Assembly: GCA_042408215.1 (NCBI GenBank)
Contig: JAYFMW010000017.1
Location: forward strand, 128,001 to 192,000
DNA: 64,000 nucleotides
Source: Microcoleus sp.
GTDB lineage: Bacteria > Cyanobacteriota > Cyanobacteriia > Cyanobacteriales > Microcoleaceae
Direction: 5' to 3'
The position numbers and the translations under genes were made by a program. Numbering within the stretch: the stretch's first letter is position 1; each line of letters begins with the position of its first letter. The notes under the pieces were generated by a model. It had not been told where the DNA came from. It did not search any database and saw only the letters and a program-made list of their open reading frames with translations. This document shows positions 12,501 to 23,199 of this stretch, piece after piece.

Positions 12501-12666
12501 AGGAGGAACTGCTTTCTTGTTTGCCTATGATTCTGGCGGCAATACTTACATCATTTATGATGGTAATGGCAATAATCTCAACGGCGCTGATTCTAGCATT
12601 TTGGCGAAGTTAAATGGTGTAACTGGGGTTTCTTCAATGTCGGGATTTGACTTTACTTTTATTTAG
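9571..12666 (+). CDS. Second RTX Ca-binding surface protein with Thr/Ser-rich and PT tracts; three apparent +1 frameshifts in this sequence
   Basis: ORFs 9571-11457, 11414-11770, 11694-12083 and 11983-12666 join into one protein ending ...DFTFI if one base is removed at ~11374, ~11755 and ~11912. Confidence 0.8.
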
Positions 12667-12792
12667 AAAAGTAGTCAGTAGTCATTAATCAATGGTTATT
12701 TGTTATTGGTGATGGTCTACCAATAACCGATAACAAATAACCAGCAACCAATCCCAATTATCAATTCGCAATTCCTTCTTCCCAATGACCAA

Positions 12793-12863
12793 TAGACATC
12801 TCCCATAATTATTGTGGAACAGGCATCCTGCCTGTTCTTCACAGGCTTTTTGGGAGATGACTA
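12793..12863. mobile_element. 71-bp MITE-like element (tagacatctcc TIR family)
   Basis: tagacatctcc...ggagatgacta; interior is approximately the reverse complement of 24451-24521. Confidence 0.7.
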
Positions 12864-13241
12864 ATGACTAATGACCAATGACTAATGACCAATGACTAAT
12901 GACCAATGACTAATGACCAATGACTAATGACTAATGACCAATGACTAATGACTAATGACTAATGACCAATGACCAATGACTAATGACTAATGACCAATGA
13001 CCAATGACTAATGACTAATGACCAATGACCAATGACTAATGACTAATGACCAATGACCAATGACTAATGACCAATGACCAATGACTAATGACTAATGACT
13101 AATGACTAATGACCAATGACTAATGACCAATGACTAATGACCAATGACCAATGACTAATGACTAATGACCAATGACTAATGACCAATGACTAATGACTAA
13201 TGACTAATGACTAATGACCAATGACCAATGACTAATGACTA
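12857..13241. repeat. Long STRR heptamer array (tgactaa/tgaccaa)n, ~55 units
   Basis: Read directly; abuts the rhomboid stop codon. Confidence 0.95.
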
Positions 13242-13943
13242 AATCTCATTATCTTCAGAAAAAAGTCCCAACAAAGGGCCGAGAATAGCACCAAAAACAA
13301 AGCCGCCAGGGTGGGCCCAGTAGGCTACTCCCCCGGATTCCATGCCGACATTGGCTGGGGCATTCAAGGAAGCGAGGCCGTTAAATGCTTGCTGTACAAA
13401 CCAAAATCCTAGAAAGAAGAAAGCAGGTATTCTGACTGTAGTAATGAAGATTCCCAAGGGGATTAATGTCAGAACTTTGGCTTGGGGATATCGGAGAATA
13501 TAAGCTCCCATCACGCCTGCGATCGCGCCGCTAGCACCCAGAGAAGGAATAGCAGATGCTGGGGAAAAGAACCACTGAGTTAGTGATGCTAAAACGCCGC
13601 AACTAAGGTAAAATATGATAAACTTGATGTGTCCTAAACGGTCTTCTACATTGTTGCCAAAAATCCAGAGAAATAACATATTTCCGGCGACGTGGAGAAA
13701 GCCTGCGTGGAGGAATTGGGAGCTAATTAGTGTTGTCCATTCGGGAAATGGGGAAGCGGGTAGGGAAACTCGACAGATATTAGTTAGCTGACAAGGAACT
13801 ACGGCCCAAGAGTAGAAGAATTGCGTTAATTGGCGATCGCCCAAAGTGCATTCGTACAAAAATACTAACACATTTGCAGCAATCAGTCCATAGGTGACAT
13901 AGGGAGTGATGCGGGTGGGATTGTCATCGCGCAAGGGAACCAT
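13239..13943 (-). CDS. Rhomboid family intramembrane serine protease
   Basis: MVPLRDDNP start, FLHAGFLHVAGNMLFLWIFGNNVED, catalytic GASG and AH motifs. Confidence 0.93.
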   Translation of the reverse strand: MVPLRDDNPTRITPYVTYGLIAANVLVFLYECTLGDRQLTQFFYSWAVVPCQLTNICRVSLPASPFPEWTTLISSQFLHAGFLHVAGNMLFLWIFGNNVEDRLGHIKFIIFYLSCGVLASLTQWFFSPASAIPSLGASGAIAGVMGAYILRYPQAKVLTLIPLGIFITTVRIPAFFFLGFWFVQQAFNGLASLNAPANVGMESGGVAYWAHPGGFVFGAILGPLLGLFSEDNEI

Positions 13944-14180
13944 AGGCGTTTTTTCCTCGACATCAAAATATTGGCAATACGATAGCGCATTTGCAAGCAA
14001 TATGTCTCCTGTCTAAAGGAAGAAGTCATTCGATGTTGCTATATTTGTTAGATCAAGTCCGGTAGATTAACTTTGATCTAGAGGCTAGGGCGGGTTGACA
14101 GGCTAAGAAAGAAAGTATTACAGATATTTGTGAACCAGCCCTACAGGAATCATGGTCAATTCACCGGACTTGATATGAGA

Positions 14181-17100
14181 TTACCAAATTTGCCCGAACC
14201 AAGCATCTTGGTTGGAAGTGGGGTTATCCTTGGCTAAGTTCCCGTTAGTAGAACCTGCAATATAGACCCCTCCAAAAGGACTGATAGCAACAGCATTTGA
14301 TACATCATCGTTTGCTGTTCCCGGCTGGTAAGACTTGATTAAGCCGCCCGTTAAGGAATCGTTGTAATAGCCAACCCAAGCATCCTTTTCTCCTTTATGT
14401 TCGCCGCCAAATTGACCCAGCGTACTGCCGGTGAGATAGACACCAGAACTATTGGCTGCAATTCCCGTGACTTCATCAGTTATAACGCCTATCGCTTTTG
14501 TCGCAATTGGAGTTGTTAAGCCACTATCCAACCGGGCATACTTATTGACAGATGAAGCACCTGAGCCGTTTTTGTAGGTAATATACAAACCCGAATCATT
14601 AACAGCAACGCCTGTGATGCTATTGATATTAGAGTCTAGGTTTTTTACCCATGTTTGGGTAAAGTTATTGTCGTATTTCGCCACCCAAGAAGCTCCCGCA
14701 GTTCCACCTGTGAGGTAGAAATTGCCAGTCCCATCTTTGGCAATGTCAACATTCAAGTTTCCCGTAAGTCCGGTTAAGGTTTTGGTGGCTTCTTTAACAT
14801 TGCCATTAGCGTCATAGCGAGTCACCCAGACTTGGTTATTAGTTGTCCCAGCGATCGCTACATCGCCCCCATTGTCGAATACCATTCCTGTTGGTTCTTG
14901 GGTTAATGGTTTCTTCCACAATTCCTTACCTTGACTGTCAGATTTGGAGAACCAAAACTCTTTTGTAGTACCAGTGAATCCGGCTGTGTAAACAGATCCG
15001 CTGGCATCAACGACAAGGTTGTTAACAGCATCAGGGAGTCCTACGCTACCAAATTGGGTAATGGAACTGCGATCGTTATCTACAATATCGACTACTGCAC
15101 TTGCAGCACCCAAACTGTATTCTTTCCCAGCATTCCCAGCTTTCAGCGATAACAAGATTTGTTCAGTACCTTCGATCGCCAAATCATCTATCGGTACAAT
15201 CCCTATGGGGGCGCTGGCTTGTCCGACAGGAATCGTCACCGCAAGAGGTAATTGATTGTAATCGGCCCCATTCGTAGCCGTTCCATCGTTGGCGACTGAA
15301 TAGTTTACTGTCAACTCGACCGTCGTATCACCTGTGCGAGTCACCGTGAACTCACCCCCAGCGCCACCCTCAGTAGCCGTGTTTTTGGTAGCAGCGACAC
15401 TGATAGTATTTTCGTACAGGACGTTAACGTTAACGTTCGCAGCAGGAGAGTTAGCTTTGTTATCGGTTGCTATGAAGGTAAAAGCAGATTGAGATCCGGC
15501 TGCATTACCTGTCCAAACTAAGGATTCACCTGCACTGAGGGACGTTCCAGCGGCGACAGCTAGACCATTTTTTGTCATGGTTCCAGACTTGGTTTCTTGA
15601 ACATTGAAAACAATGGTATCTCCATTGATATCGGTAGCATTGGCAGATGCTTTCAATTGGTCGTAGGTGATAGTGAAGGGTTGGTTTTTCACCGCACCGG
15701 AAAAAGTAGCATTGTAGATGACTGGTGGTTGATTGATAGCTTCGCCAGCAAGGGTGATGTTTCCACTCAAGGGTTGAGGCATCACGTTATCAGTGAGAGA
15801 GGTTGTAATTGTCGCTTGACTGTTAACACCCTCTGTCCGATTGAATTTTACATCTTGCAGCAAACTGTTTACACCTTGGACAGACCCAGTTACTGTCAAC
15901 TCTCCAGTCTTAGCGTTGTACTGAGAATTAGCTGTTGGCGTTTGAGAATTAGGAGGGGTAAAAGTACCCGCACTAGGAGGAACGATGGTTAATTTGGTCG
16001 TAATCGTATCGTTGGGATCTGGGTCGGTAATAACGATATTGGAAAGAGCGATCGGATTGTTGCTAAATGCCACTGTGCTTGTTAAACCAGTAGCAGTAGC
16101 CGCAACATTATTGTAGGTCTTGGTATTGCTGTACTTCTCAGTCCAAACTTTATGACCATCAACAAAGTTTCCCGTTGTATAAGCCTCGACATTGGCACTC
16201 AATCCATCAGCACTGACGTTAGTTTTGAATCCTCCCGCCACATCTCGGACGTTTTGGCGTGGTAACTGCTCTACTGCTAAGTCTTTGGGTAAGCTTGAAT
16301 AACCCAGGAGCCAAGCATCTGCTAAAGCAGTGTTTTTGGGGCCGTTGATATTCCAGTTACCGGGACTGTTGACGCTAATCAGGAAGTCGTTATCCACGTC
16401 TGCGGCGATCGCAGTTGCCACATCATTTTGGGCTGTGCCTTTTTGTTCGATACTCGTATTTGTGCCATCCGCGTTGAACTGTCCGAACCAAATGTCTGTT
16501 CCACCATTGTTTGCCGAATTACCAATCTGACCGTTGGTATTTCCAGTCACATAGACCTTGCCATTAGTTGTAACTGCCACATCCGAGGCTGAATCAGCTT
16601 GAAGGCTTCCCTGTTGCCAATAGGTAGGGTTGTTTGGGGTTGCTGTTGTAATTGTGGCAAGGAAAGCATCTGTACCGCCAGCATTAAGAGTGGTTCCCAA
16701 CTTGCCTAATGTGGTTCCCGCGATGTAGGTGGTTGCATTGTTTTTATTGATGGCAAGATCCGAGGAAAAATCATCTTTCGCGTCGGTACTGCCCCACTGT
16801 CTCACAGCACCCAAGGAATTTCCAGAGGAATCGTACTGTGCTAGGAAGAAGTCAAAATCTTTGGCCGCAGCAGTAGAGTTGTTAAAGTTCCCATTTGTGT
16901 ATCCGGTAATGGCAACTTTGCCAACAGGGTCGATCGCAATGCCGGAAGCAAAATCGTTGTTAGGAGTGCCAAAGTTTCGATTCCATTCTGTCGTACCACT
17001 GCTGTTATATTTTGTGACCCAAACTTCCTTGCCTTTTGCTAACGAGTCCTTTGTCCCCGTAACATAAACATTATCCTGGCTATCGATCGCCACACCAGCA

Positions 17101-20100
17101 GATGAGTCATAACCGGTGTCCCCGATGAAGTTCCCCCATTGCAAAGCCCCAGTGGAATTGTACTTGAGCAAGAAGCTATCTTCGCTGCCAGTGGGAGTGT
17201 ATTGGTGAATCAGGTCATCGGGTTGACGGGTTGAGGTCGCAGGACGCGCCCATCCCGTTACATAAGCATTTCCCAGAGAATCACGGGCAATACCACTGGA
17301 TTCGTAGTAGCGTGTCCCACCAGTGCCACCGCCACTCGGATCTGGCCACTCCTGTGCCCACTGCTGCTTCAAATCCATACTGACTGTCAACCGACAGGTT
17401 TGATAGGAGGAGAACAGAATGCTATCCTTGGCGCGAACACTAAAGAGATCCAACGTCCCAGCTTGGCTGGGAGTGAATGTCAGTTTTTCCCCTGCGCTTA
17501 ATGTTGCTGAGGCGGTAACAGCAACCCCGCCTTTAGTCAGCGTTCCCCCCCCTTTCAATTGATCAATTTCGAATGTGAGAGCATCCCCATCTACGTCATT
17601 GGCTCCCATTTGAGCAAATAACTGCGCGTAGGTGATGTCAAAGGGACGATTTTCTACCGCACCGACTAAGTTGCCTGGGTTTAAGGTGGGTGCGTCGTTT
17701 ACGGCGATACCGGTGAGGTTAATATAGCCCCAAACCGAGCTAGAAACATCATCACTGAGAGAGCTGTAGATAGTGAACGGTTGGTTGTAGTTGAGGGCGG
17801 GGGTAAAGGTGAGATTTGCCAACAGGCTATTCACATCTGCTACCTTGCCAGTAGCTTGCCAATAGTGCCACCCGTTGTTAACTGTGGTGGAGGTGACATT
17901 GCCAGAAGTGCCTGTGGACAAGGTACCGGTACCAAAGGGAACATACAAGCCTACTGTCGTTTCACCGTCTGGATCGGTAACTTGAATCGGAGTGAGTTTC
18001 AGCGGTGTATCTTCGGTGTATGTGAGAGTTTGATTCAGGTTTGTAGCACTAGGGCGGCCTGGATCGGTGACATTGGCAATGGTGACTGTAGCACTGGTGT
18101 TATTGGTGCCCAAGTTGTATGCCGCTGCACTGGTTAATTTGAGGATGGCGGTTTCAGAGGGTTCTTCGATGTCATCCCGAAGGGGGTTAAGAGGAATGTC
18201 AACACTGTTTTGTCCGGCGGGAATAGTCACCGTTACAGGCAGTTGTTGGTAATAATAGTCTGTGCCATTTATTGCTGTACCTTCGAGGGTGTAGCTTACA
18301 ATCAGGGCTTTGGTTGAGTCACCTCCAGCCCGTTGAATCCTGAATGAACCTGGATCGCCGTTTTCGGAGGCCTCAGCATCGGTGGCGGTGACGCTGATAG
18401 TGGGATTGAGCGGATTGAACACAACATTACCACTGCCATTCTGATCGACGAGGAATGTCTTGTTGAATGTGTTGCTGGCGACTCCGGCTTTGTCGTAGGC
18501 GATCGCTTGGATGGTATAGTTACCCAGTATTAAACTGTCTATTGAGTAATTAAAGTCCGCCCAATTATCGGCATTACGGGTAAATGTTGTAATCTCTGTG
18601 GTTGTCGCTGTGCCATTTGGCGGTGTGACGGTAAGGTTGACTTTGGCGATATCATCAGCACCATTTTGATCGAATACCCGCGCTCCCGTAAAGTTGATGG
18701 GGTTTTTGACTGAATAAACAGGTTGTACATCCCCTAATCCCAAGTTAATTGGGGCTTGATTGACAACAGGAGTCGGAGTCGGAGTCGGAGTCGGATTTGG
18801 AGTCGGAGTCGGAGTCGGAGTCGGAGTCGGAGTCGGAGTCGGAGTTGCTATCAGGCTGAAGTTGTGATTAACTGTGTTGCTGGTGGCTCCGGCTTGGTCG
18901 TAGGCGATCGCTTGAATGGTATATTTACCCGCAGTTAAAGTATCTAACGAGTAAGTAAAGTCGGCCTCGTTGCCATTTTTGACAAGCGTAGTAATGTCTT
19001 TGGTAATCGCAGTGCCATTTTCTGGTGTCAAAGTAATTGTTACTTTGGCGAGATCATCAGCACCATTTTTATCAAATACCTTGGCTCCCGTAAAGCTAAT
19101 AACTTCACCGACTGAATACTCAGCTTTCACAGTCCCTAATCCCAGGTTATATGGTGCTTCATTGACAGGAGTCGGAGTCGGATTTGGAGTCGGAGTCGGA
19201 GTCGGAGTCGGAGTCGGAGTCGGAGTTGCTATCAGGCTGAAGTTGTGATTAACTGTGTTGCTGGTGGCTCCGGCTTGGTCGTAGGCGATCGCTTGAATGG
19301 TATATTTACCCGCAGTTAAAGTATCTAACGAGTAAGTAAAGTCGGCCTCGTTGCCATTTTTGACAAGCGTAGTAATGTCTTTGGTAATCGCAGTGCCATT
19401 TTCTGGTGTCAAAGTAATTGTTACTTTGGCGAGATCATCAGCACCATTTTTATCAAATACCTTGGCTCCCGTAAAGCTAATAACTTCACCGACTGAATAC
19501 TCAGCTTTCACAGTCCCTAATCCCAGGTTATATGGTGCTTCATTGACAGGAGTCGGAGTCGGATTTGGAGTCGGAGTCGGAGTCGGAGTCGGAGTCGGAG
19601 TCGGAGTTGCTATCAGGCTGAAGTTGTGATTAACTGTGTTGCTGGTGGCTCCGGCTTGGTCGTAGGCGATCGCTTGAATGGTATATTTACCCGCAGTTAA
19701 AGTATCTAACGAGTAAGTAAAGTCGGCCTCGTTGCCATTTTTGACAAGCGTAGTAATGTCTTTGGTAATCGCAGTGCCATTTTCTGGTGTCAAAGTAATT
19801 GTTACTTTGGCGAGATCATCAGCACCATTTTTATCAAATACCTTGGCTCCCGTAAAGCTAATAACTTCACCGACTGAATACTCAGCTTTCACAGTCCCTA
19901 ATCCCAGGTTATATGGTGCTTCATTGACAGGAGTCGGAGTCGGATTTGGAGTCGGAGTCGGAGTCGGAGTCGGAGTCGGAGTCGGAGTTGCTATCAGGCT
20001 GAAGCTGTGATTAACTGTGTTGCTGGTGGCTCCGGCTTTGTCGTAGGCGATCGCTTGGATGGTATATTTACCCGCAGTTAAAGTATCTAACGAGTAGGTA

Positions 20101-22286
20101 AAATCCGCCCAATTATCGGCATTACGGGTAAATTCAGTAATCTCTTTGGTAATCGCAGTGCCATTTTCTGGTGTCAAAGTAATTGTTACTTTGGCGAGAT
20201 CATCAGCACCATTTTTATCAAATACCTTGGCTCCCGTAAAGCTAATAACTTCACCGACTGAATACTCAGCTTTCACAGTCCCTAATCCCAGGTTATATGG
20301 TGCTTCATTGACAGGAGTCGGAGTCGGATTTGGAGTCGGAGTCGGAGTCGGAGTCGGAGTCGGAGTCGGAGTTGCTATCAGGCTGAAGCTGTGATTAACT
20401 GTGTTGCTGGTGGCTCCGGCTTTGTCGTAGGCGATCGCTTGGATGGTATATTTACCCGCAGTTAAAGTATCTAACGAGTAGGTAAAATCCGCCCAATTAT
20501 CGGCATTACGGGTAAATTCAGTAATCTCTTTGGTAATCGCAGTGCCATTTTCTGGTGTCAAAATAATCGCGACTTTGGCGAGATCATCAGCACCATTTTT
20601 ATCGAAGACCTGGGCTCCGGTAAAGCTAATAACTTCACCGACTGAATACTCAGCTTTCAGATTCCCTAATCCCAAGTTAATTGGAGCATCATTGGGGGGA
20701 ATAACTTTGGCGATGTTGAAGCTGTGATTAACTGTGTTGCTGGCGGCTCCGGCTTGGTCGTAGGCGATCGCTTGGATGGTATATTTACCCGCAGTTAAAG
20801 TATCTAACGAGTAGGTAAAATCCGCCCAATTATCGGCATTACGGGTAAATTCAGTAATCTCTTTGGTAATCGCAGTGCCATTTTCTGGTGTCAAAATAAT
20901 CGCGACTTTGGCGAGATCATCAGCACCATTTTTATCGAAGACCTGGGCTCCGGTAAAGCTAATAACTTCACCGACTGAATACTCAGCTTTCAGATTCCCT
21001 AATCCCAAGTTAATTGGAGCATCATTGGGATCTTTAACAACGAAATTTTGAGTGAAAGTATTGCTAACAGCTTTAGATCGATCGGAGGCGATCGCTTGAA
21101 TAGCATAATCACCCGCTTTCAAACCATCTAATGAGTAGTTAAAATCTGCCCAACCCTCGTTACTGCTGGTAAAAGTCGAAATCTCTGTGCTGCTGGGATT
21201 GCCATTTTTTGGTGTCAATTTAACAGTAACTTTGGCAATATCGCCCGCACCATTACCATCAAATACCTTGGCCCCAGTAAAGTTGATTGGAGTATTGGAT
21301 AAATACTCATTCTTTACATTCCCCAATCCCAAATTAATCGGGGCTTGATTGACAGTAGGATTCGGATCAGTCCAAACTGTAAATCCGGGGGTGATGAAAT
21401 CTTTAACAAGGGGGGCTTCGCCTTTTGCGCCTTTCACCCGGAAAATTACATCGTTATAATCTAAATCCGTTTGTTGATCGACACGGATATCTTCCATCGC
21501 AAAAAGATGACCGTCTCCCGATAAATCACCAATTTGTCTGAAATGCAATCCGTCTGATGGGTTAGCTTTCGCTAGAGAGTATAAGGGTTTTGTGCTTCCA
21601 CCGATGCTGGGATAGTTAAAGACACTTTGTACTTTACCATCAGGAACTAGCATTACTGCAAATTTGTCCCCTGGTTTCATCTGAACTGTTTTTGATCCTG
21701 GATAAATCCCCTCATTAGAGTTTCCTACCAAGTCGTATTTCGCTGCTTCTTGGTCATCAGAAATAACGATATGACCCAAATCGGAATTACTTAAAGCCCG
21801 TCGGGCCATTTCTTTGTTAAATTCTGGCGTACCCGGAGTCTCTGTAAAGCCATTCAAACTAACAAAGGCCACTTCGCCAACATAGCTTCCACCATCAGCT
21901 AACCAGTCTACGCTGACCTGGCCAATATTATCAACAGTGAAGACACCGGAGGTATAGTCAATTCCCGTCAAGGTATCGGTTTTGACAGCCAAATTGTAGT
22001 CTGCTTTGTCGCTGGTTGTGACAACTCGAATGGCATAGTTTCCAGTTTCGAGAACGATATTATTAAGTGTCTCTTGACTGGTATTTGCTGTCGCATAATT
22101 GTAAAGAGTTTTTCCAGATGCGTCCAGAATATACAAGTCAGCATTCCCGATTCCGCCGTTCAATTGGAGATTTAACTTTTGAGATTGATTGAGGGAAAAC
22201 TTGTAAATTGATTCTGGGTTTTGTGTGTCCAGTGTCCCAGTAAAATTCAGATTTCCTGGGCTGAGTAAGTCTAAATTTTGAATCAT
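14181..22286 (-). CDS. Giant (2701 aa) putative surface/adhesin protein: PPC-like, DUF4114-like, tandem Ig-like repeats, Calx-beta-like, cadherin-like and SBBP beta-propeller regions
   Basis: FAMEDIR...DLDYNDVIF segment, repeated NxAPxNLGLG modules with PT linkers, ATEGG/GTATNGADY Calx-beta-like motifs, DSxGNxYVTG propeller repeats. Confidence 0.8.
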   Translation of the reverse strand: MIQNLDLLSPGNLNFTGTLDTQNPESIYKFSLNQSQKLNLQLNGGIGNADLYILDASGKTLYNYATANTSQETLNNIVLETGNYAIRVVTTSDKADYNLAVKTDTLTGIDYTSGVFTVDNIGQVSVDWLADGGSYVGEVAFVSLNGFTETPGTPEFNKEMARRALSNSDLGHIVISDDQEAAKYDLVGNSNEGIYPGSKTVQMKPGDKFAVMLVPDGKVQSVFNYPSIGGSTKPLYSLAKANPSDGLHFRQIGDLSGDGHLFAMEDIRVDQQTDLDYNDVIFRVKGAKGEAPLVKDFITPGFTVWTDPNPTVNQAPINLGLGNVKNEYLSNTPINFTGAKVFDGNGAGDIAKVTVKLTPKNGNPSSTEISTFTSSNEGWADFNYSLDGLKAGDYAIQAIASDRSKAVSNTFTQNFVVKDPNDAPINLGLGNLKAEYSVGEVISFTGAQVFDKNGADDLAKVAIILTPENGTAITKEITEFTRNADNWADFTYSLDTLTAGKYTIQAIAYDQAGAASNTVNHSFNIAKVIPPNDAPINLGLGNLKAEYSVGEVISFTGAQVFDKNGADDLAKVAIILTPENGTAITKEITEFTRNADNWADFTYSLDTLTAGKYTIQAIAYDKAGATSNTVNHSFSLIATPTPTPTPTPTPTPNPTPTPVNEAPYNLGLGTVKAEYSVGEVISFTGAKVFDKNGADDLAKVTITLTPENGTAITKEITEFTRNADNWADFTYSLDTLTAGKYTIQAIAYDKAGATSNTVNHSFSLIATPTPTPTPTPTPTPNPTPTPVNEAPYNLGLGTVKAEYSVGEVISFTGAKVFDKNGADDLAKVTITLTPENGTAITKDITTLVKNGNEADFTYSLDTLTAGKYTIQAIAYDQAGATSNTVNHNFSLIATPTPTPTPTPTPTPNPTPTPVNEAPYNLGLGTVKAEYSVGEVISFTGAKVFDKNGADDLAKVTITLTPENGTAITKDITTLVKNGNEADFTYSLDTLTAGKYTIQAIAYDQAGATSNTVNHNFSLIATPTPTPTPTPTPTPNPTPTPVNEAPYNLGLGTVKAEYSVGEVISFTGAKVFDKNGADDLAKVTITLTPENGTAITKDITTLVKNGNEADFTYSLDTLTAGKYTIQAIAYDQAGATSNTVNHNFSLIATPTPTPTPTPTPTPTPNPTPTPTPTPVVNQAPINLGLGDVQPVYSVKNPINFTGARVFDQNGADDIAKVNLTVTPPNGTATTTEITTFTRNADNWADFNYSIDSLILGNYTIQAIAYDKAGVASNTFNKTFLVDQNGSGNVVFNPLNPTISVTATDAEASENGDPGSFRIQRAGGDSTKALIVSYTLEGTAINGTDYYYQQLPVTVTIPAGQNSVDIPLNPLRDDIEEPSETAILKLTSAAAYNLGTNNTSATVTIANVTDPGRPSATNLNQTLTYTEDTPLKLTPIQVTDPDGETTVGLYVPFGTGTLSTGTSGNVTSTTVNNGWHYWQATGKVADVNSLLANLTFTPALNYNQPFTIYSSLSDDVSSSVWGYINLTGIAVNDAPTLNPGNLVGAVENRPFDITYAQLFAQMGANDVDGDALTFEIDQLKGGGTLTKGGVAVTASATLSAGEKLTFTPSQAGTLDLFSVRAKDSILFSSYQTCRLTVSMDLKQQWAQEWPDPSGGGTGGTRYYESSGIARDSLGNAYVTGWARPATSTRQPDDLIHQYTPTGSEDSFLLKYNSTGALQWGNFIGDTGYDSSAGVAIDSQDNVYVTGTKDSLAKGKEVWVTKYNSSGTTEWNRNFGTPNNDFASGIAIDPVGKVAITGYTNGNFNNSTAAAKDFDFFLAQYDSSGNSLGAVRQWGSTDAKDDFSSDLAINKNNATTYIAGTTLGKLGTTLNAGGTDAFLATITTATPNNPTYWQQGSLQADSASDVAVTTNGKVYVTGNTNGQIGNSANNGGTDIWFGQFNADGTNTSIEQKGTAQNDVATAIAADVDNDFLISVNSPGNWNINGPKNTALADAWLLGYSSLPKDLAVEQLPRQNVRDVAGGFKTNVSADGLSANVEAYTTGNFVDGHKVWTEKYSNTKTYNNVAATATGLTSTVAFSNNPIALSNIVITDPDPNDTITTKLTIVPPSAGTFTPPNSQTPTANSQYNAKTGELTVTGSVQGVNSLLQDVKFNRTEGVNSQATITTSLTDNVMPQPLSGNITLAGEAINQPPVIYNATFSGAVKNQPFTITYDQLKASANATDINGDTIVFNVQETKSGTMTKNGLAVAAGTSLSAGESLVWTGNAAGSQSAFTFIATDNKANSPAANVNVNVLYENTISVAATKNTATEGGAGGEFTVTRTGDTTVELTVNYSVANDGTATNGADYNQLPLAVTIPVGQASAPIGIVPIDDLAIEGTEQILLSLKAGNAGKEYSLGAASAVVDIVDNDRSSITQFGSVGLPDAVNNLVVDASGSVYTAGFTGTTKEFWFSKSDSQGKELWKKPLTQEPTGMVFDNGGDVAIAGTTNNQVWVTRYDANGNVKEATKTLTGLTGNLNVDIAKDGTGNFYLTGGTAGASWVAKYDNNFTQTWVKNLDSNINSITGVAVNDSGLYITYKNGSGASSVNKYARLDSGLTTPIATKAIGVITDEVTGIAANSSGVYLTGSTLGQFGGEHKGEKDAWVGYYNDSLTGGLIKSYQPGTANDDVSNAVAISPFGGVYIAGSTNGNLAKDNPTSNQDAWFGQIW
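18771..21030 (-). repeat. Near-identical intragenic tandem modules (periods 381, 381, 384 and 333 bp)
   Basis: Antisense ORFs end at 19248, 19629, 20010, 20394 and 20727 with identical or near-identical translations. Confidence 0.92.
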
Positions 22287-22614
22287 GTTAATACACCCTA
22301 GTTTTGTGAGATTTTGAATTTCTGAGCGATCGGAATTCGTGAGCTTCCATATATCTCTCAGTCTTCCCCCCCCGGTTTTTACGCCGAATTGGGAAATTGT
22401 TACTTTTCTTTATAAATCTGTCGCTTTACTGGGTTGTGGGTTCTCATCTGGTTTTGCGGTCTCAAACCCCTCAGTTCCGTAACCTTTCCTTTACACCAGG
22501 TAAAGTTAGTATCCATACTTCTGGGCCAAGTCACAATACCTAAAGTTCACAAGTTTTTTGATGAACTTCTATAAATGTCCTAAGAAAGTTCATAAAGTTC
22601 ATAAGATCTGAGAC

Positions 22615-22815
22615 TTATGTAAAGATTGTGTAAAGTTGGCGAGATTTATTTAAAGATTGTGTAAAGTCAAAGAAGGCTATTTGATAGTTTTGGGCTTTTG
22701 ACTCCAGAATTAATATGCCTGTGTATCAAAAAATTCACAAATAAAACAAAAATTAGTAAATCTACTGAAAAATTGTGTAAAGTTAGGCGAGATTTACTTA
22801 AAGATTATGTAAAAT
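22615..22815. promoter_or_regulatory. Duplicated ~46-bp motif containing repeated aagattgtgtaaa units; possible operator
   Basis: aaagattgtgtaaagttggcgagatttatttaaagattgtgtaaagt (22621-22667) and aaaattgtgtaaagttaggcgagatttacttaaagattatgtaaaat (22769-22815) in a divergent intergenic region. Confidence 0.45.
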
Positions 22816-23199
22816 CTACAGCATTATGACCGGGCGCTTTTGGCGATCGATTTAGTATACAATTGTGGAACAAAAATACGGCTCTTACGTGATGCTTCTC
22901 AGACACCAAGCATCGTTAGTGGGACGGACGAAGAAACCGAGTTTCTGGAAGAATATTCATGATAAAAAGCGATTGACTTCCAATCAGAAACCCGGTGTTA
23001 TCATCGTTTTGCGTAATTCCTAATTAGCTATAGCGATTGTGAACCCACCAGCACTTCTATATTAAAATGCAATTTTTTAGGGTTTTTCTGCCAGAATTGC
23101 ATTTATGAAGTCCATCAAGTTTACAATGTTTATAGCAGCTATTCCCAAAAATTAGATATAAATTTAAGTACGGGAAGAGCTTTATATTCATTTTGTGGA

